Shown here in pieces: positions 62,706 to 64,000 of a stretch of DNA of 64,000 bases. The notes under the pieces were generated by a model that was given only the letters and a program-made list of their open reading frames with translations, was not told where the DNA came from and searched no databases. The DNA is from Octopus sinensis. Lineage: Eukaryota. The stretch is from contig NC_043010.1 in the NCBI RefSeq assembly GCF_006345805.1, positions 1,364,001 to 1,428,000 on the forward strand, in the 5' to 3' direction. The position numbers and the translations under genes are program-made. Each line of letters starts with the position of its first letter. Position 1 is the first letter of the stretch.

Positions 62706-62982
62706 AGCGTACAAACGAGATGAGGACAAACATCCGTCAATTGTAAATAATGTAAATGATGGACATAATTCCTCATCTCTTAACTATAGAACTGTATTAG
62801 CGAAAATTTTAATTCGAATAATCCAGGAAATTTATTGCGTTCTGCAAGATCATTTTATTGATCCCGTCTTATGATAGATCATTGATGATTAAAAAAAATG
62901 GGACACAATGTACATGTTGTCCGACATACTCGTTCTTTCCGCTCTGAAATACTTCGTCCAGTGCAGCATGTTAATACGGATT

Positions 62983-63382
62983 AGAATATTCTCTTCTATT
63001 CTAGGCACAAGGGCTCAAATTTTGGGGGTGCCAGACGACTAGATTGACCCCACTACGCAACTGGTACTTAATTTATCGACCCCGAAAAAATGAAAGGTAA
63101 TGTCGACTTCGGTGAAATTTGAACTCAGAGCGTAAAGAGAGACGAAATACCTATTTCTTTACTACCCACAAGGGGCTAAACACAGAGGAGACAAACAAGG
63201 ACAGACAGACGGATTAAATCGATTATATCGACTCCAGTGCGTAACTGGTACTTATTTAATCGACTCCGAAAAGATGAAAGGCAAAGTCGACCTCGGCGGA
63301 ATTTGAACTCAGAATGTAACGGCAGACGAAATACTTCTAAGTATCTCGCCCGGCGTGCTAACGTTTCTGCCAGCTTGCCGCC
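62983..63382 (-). mobile_element. Family A SINE dimer
   Basis: Head, body, the same junction (gacgaaata|cctatttc at ~63150), second body with canonical tail; possible 12-bp TSD tta(a/t)tacggatt. Confidence 0.85.
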
Positions 63383-63429
63383 TTATTACGGATTTTTTTT
63401 TGGGTGAATTCTTCCCCCCTATATATATA

Positions 63430-63620
63430 TATATAAAGTTAATCCAAACAAGAAAACAAAAAGAGAACAACGCGAGGATGTGGAACAAATAAAGTATTAT
63501 TGGACGCTCAGGAAAGAAGGGAAGAAGGAGGGATATGACGTTTCGAGCGGAGCTCTTCGTCGGAAACAAGGAGAAAGAAAGATCCCGAGGTGGGAGGACA
63601 GAGGGAAAAAAATGCAAGTG
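63430..63620 (-). mobile_element. Microsatellite-embedded element with hammerhead-like motif (copy 5, divergent subfamily)
   Basis: Minus 63563-63537: ccgacga-a-gagc(tcc)gctc-gaaa-c-gtc, with a GUC triplet at the predicted cleavage site. Confidence 0.55.
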
Positions 63621-63774
63621 GTCTTCACGAGGTCACATACTGATATATATATATATAGATATATAGCGACAAGGTTATTGTTTGAAGTTATTATGGATAC
63701 CACAGTAGTTGTTAATGCTATAAACAAGTTTGTAAGATTTCACATCTGATTTCATTCTTCTTAAAAGTATGATA

Positions 63775-63871
<97 letters not shown>

Positions 63872-64000
63872 ATATAAGATAGAATCAATATATATATATA
63901 TAAGATAATATATATATATAATATATAATGTATATATAGGATATCATATATAACCTATATTAATATAAAGTTTATAATTCTATTATATATATATATATAT

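Overview
Eukaryotic, AT-rich, microsatellite-dense genomic DNA. It is most consistent with a coleoid cephalopod (Octopus-type); this is inferred from the protocadherin style and the tRNA-derived SINE families, with no database search run. Only one convincing protein-coding gene is present: a minus-strand 6-EC protocadherin. I reconstruct it as three coding exons (11738-9333, 8041-7903, 2968-2589; 974 aa), with a non-canonical GC-AG second intron and an unlocated upstream non-coding exon. The other ~52 kb is microsatellite plus transposon debris: three tRNA-SINE families, two R4/Dong-clade RLE LINE fragments inside (TAA)n tracts, a CR1/L2-type LINE end, mariner, maT-like (about DD37D) and rosa-like (DD41D) remnants, a hAT-like remnant, a Helitron remnant, Penelope-like remnants and several MITE/fold-back elements. 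Nearly all short ORFs in the supplied track are microsatellite artefacts. Most interesting leads: (1) a tRNA-headed short element carrying a minimal hammerhead-ribozyme fold, split by a Dong LINE inserted in its internal (AAT)n; (2) a five-copy family of microsatellite-embedded elements with a conserved hammerhead-like motif, all on the minus strand; (3) a SINE that occurs as TSD-flanked monomer, dimer and trimer with one fixed junction; (4) a chain of insertions into (TAA)n microsatellites; (5) a 19 x 21-bp hairpin minisatellite. No CRISPR array, rRNA or bona fide tRNA gene was found.
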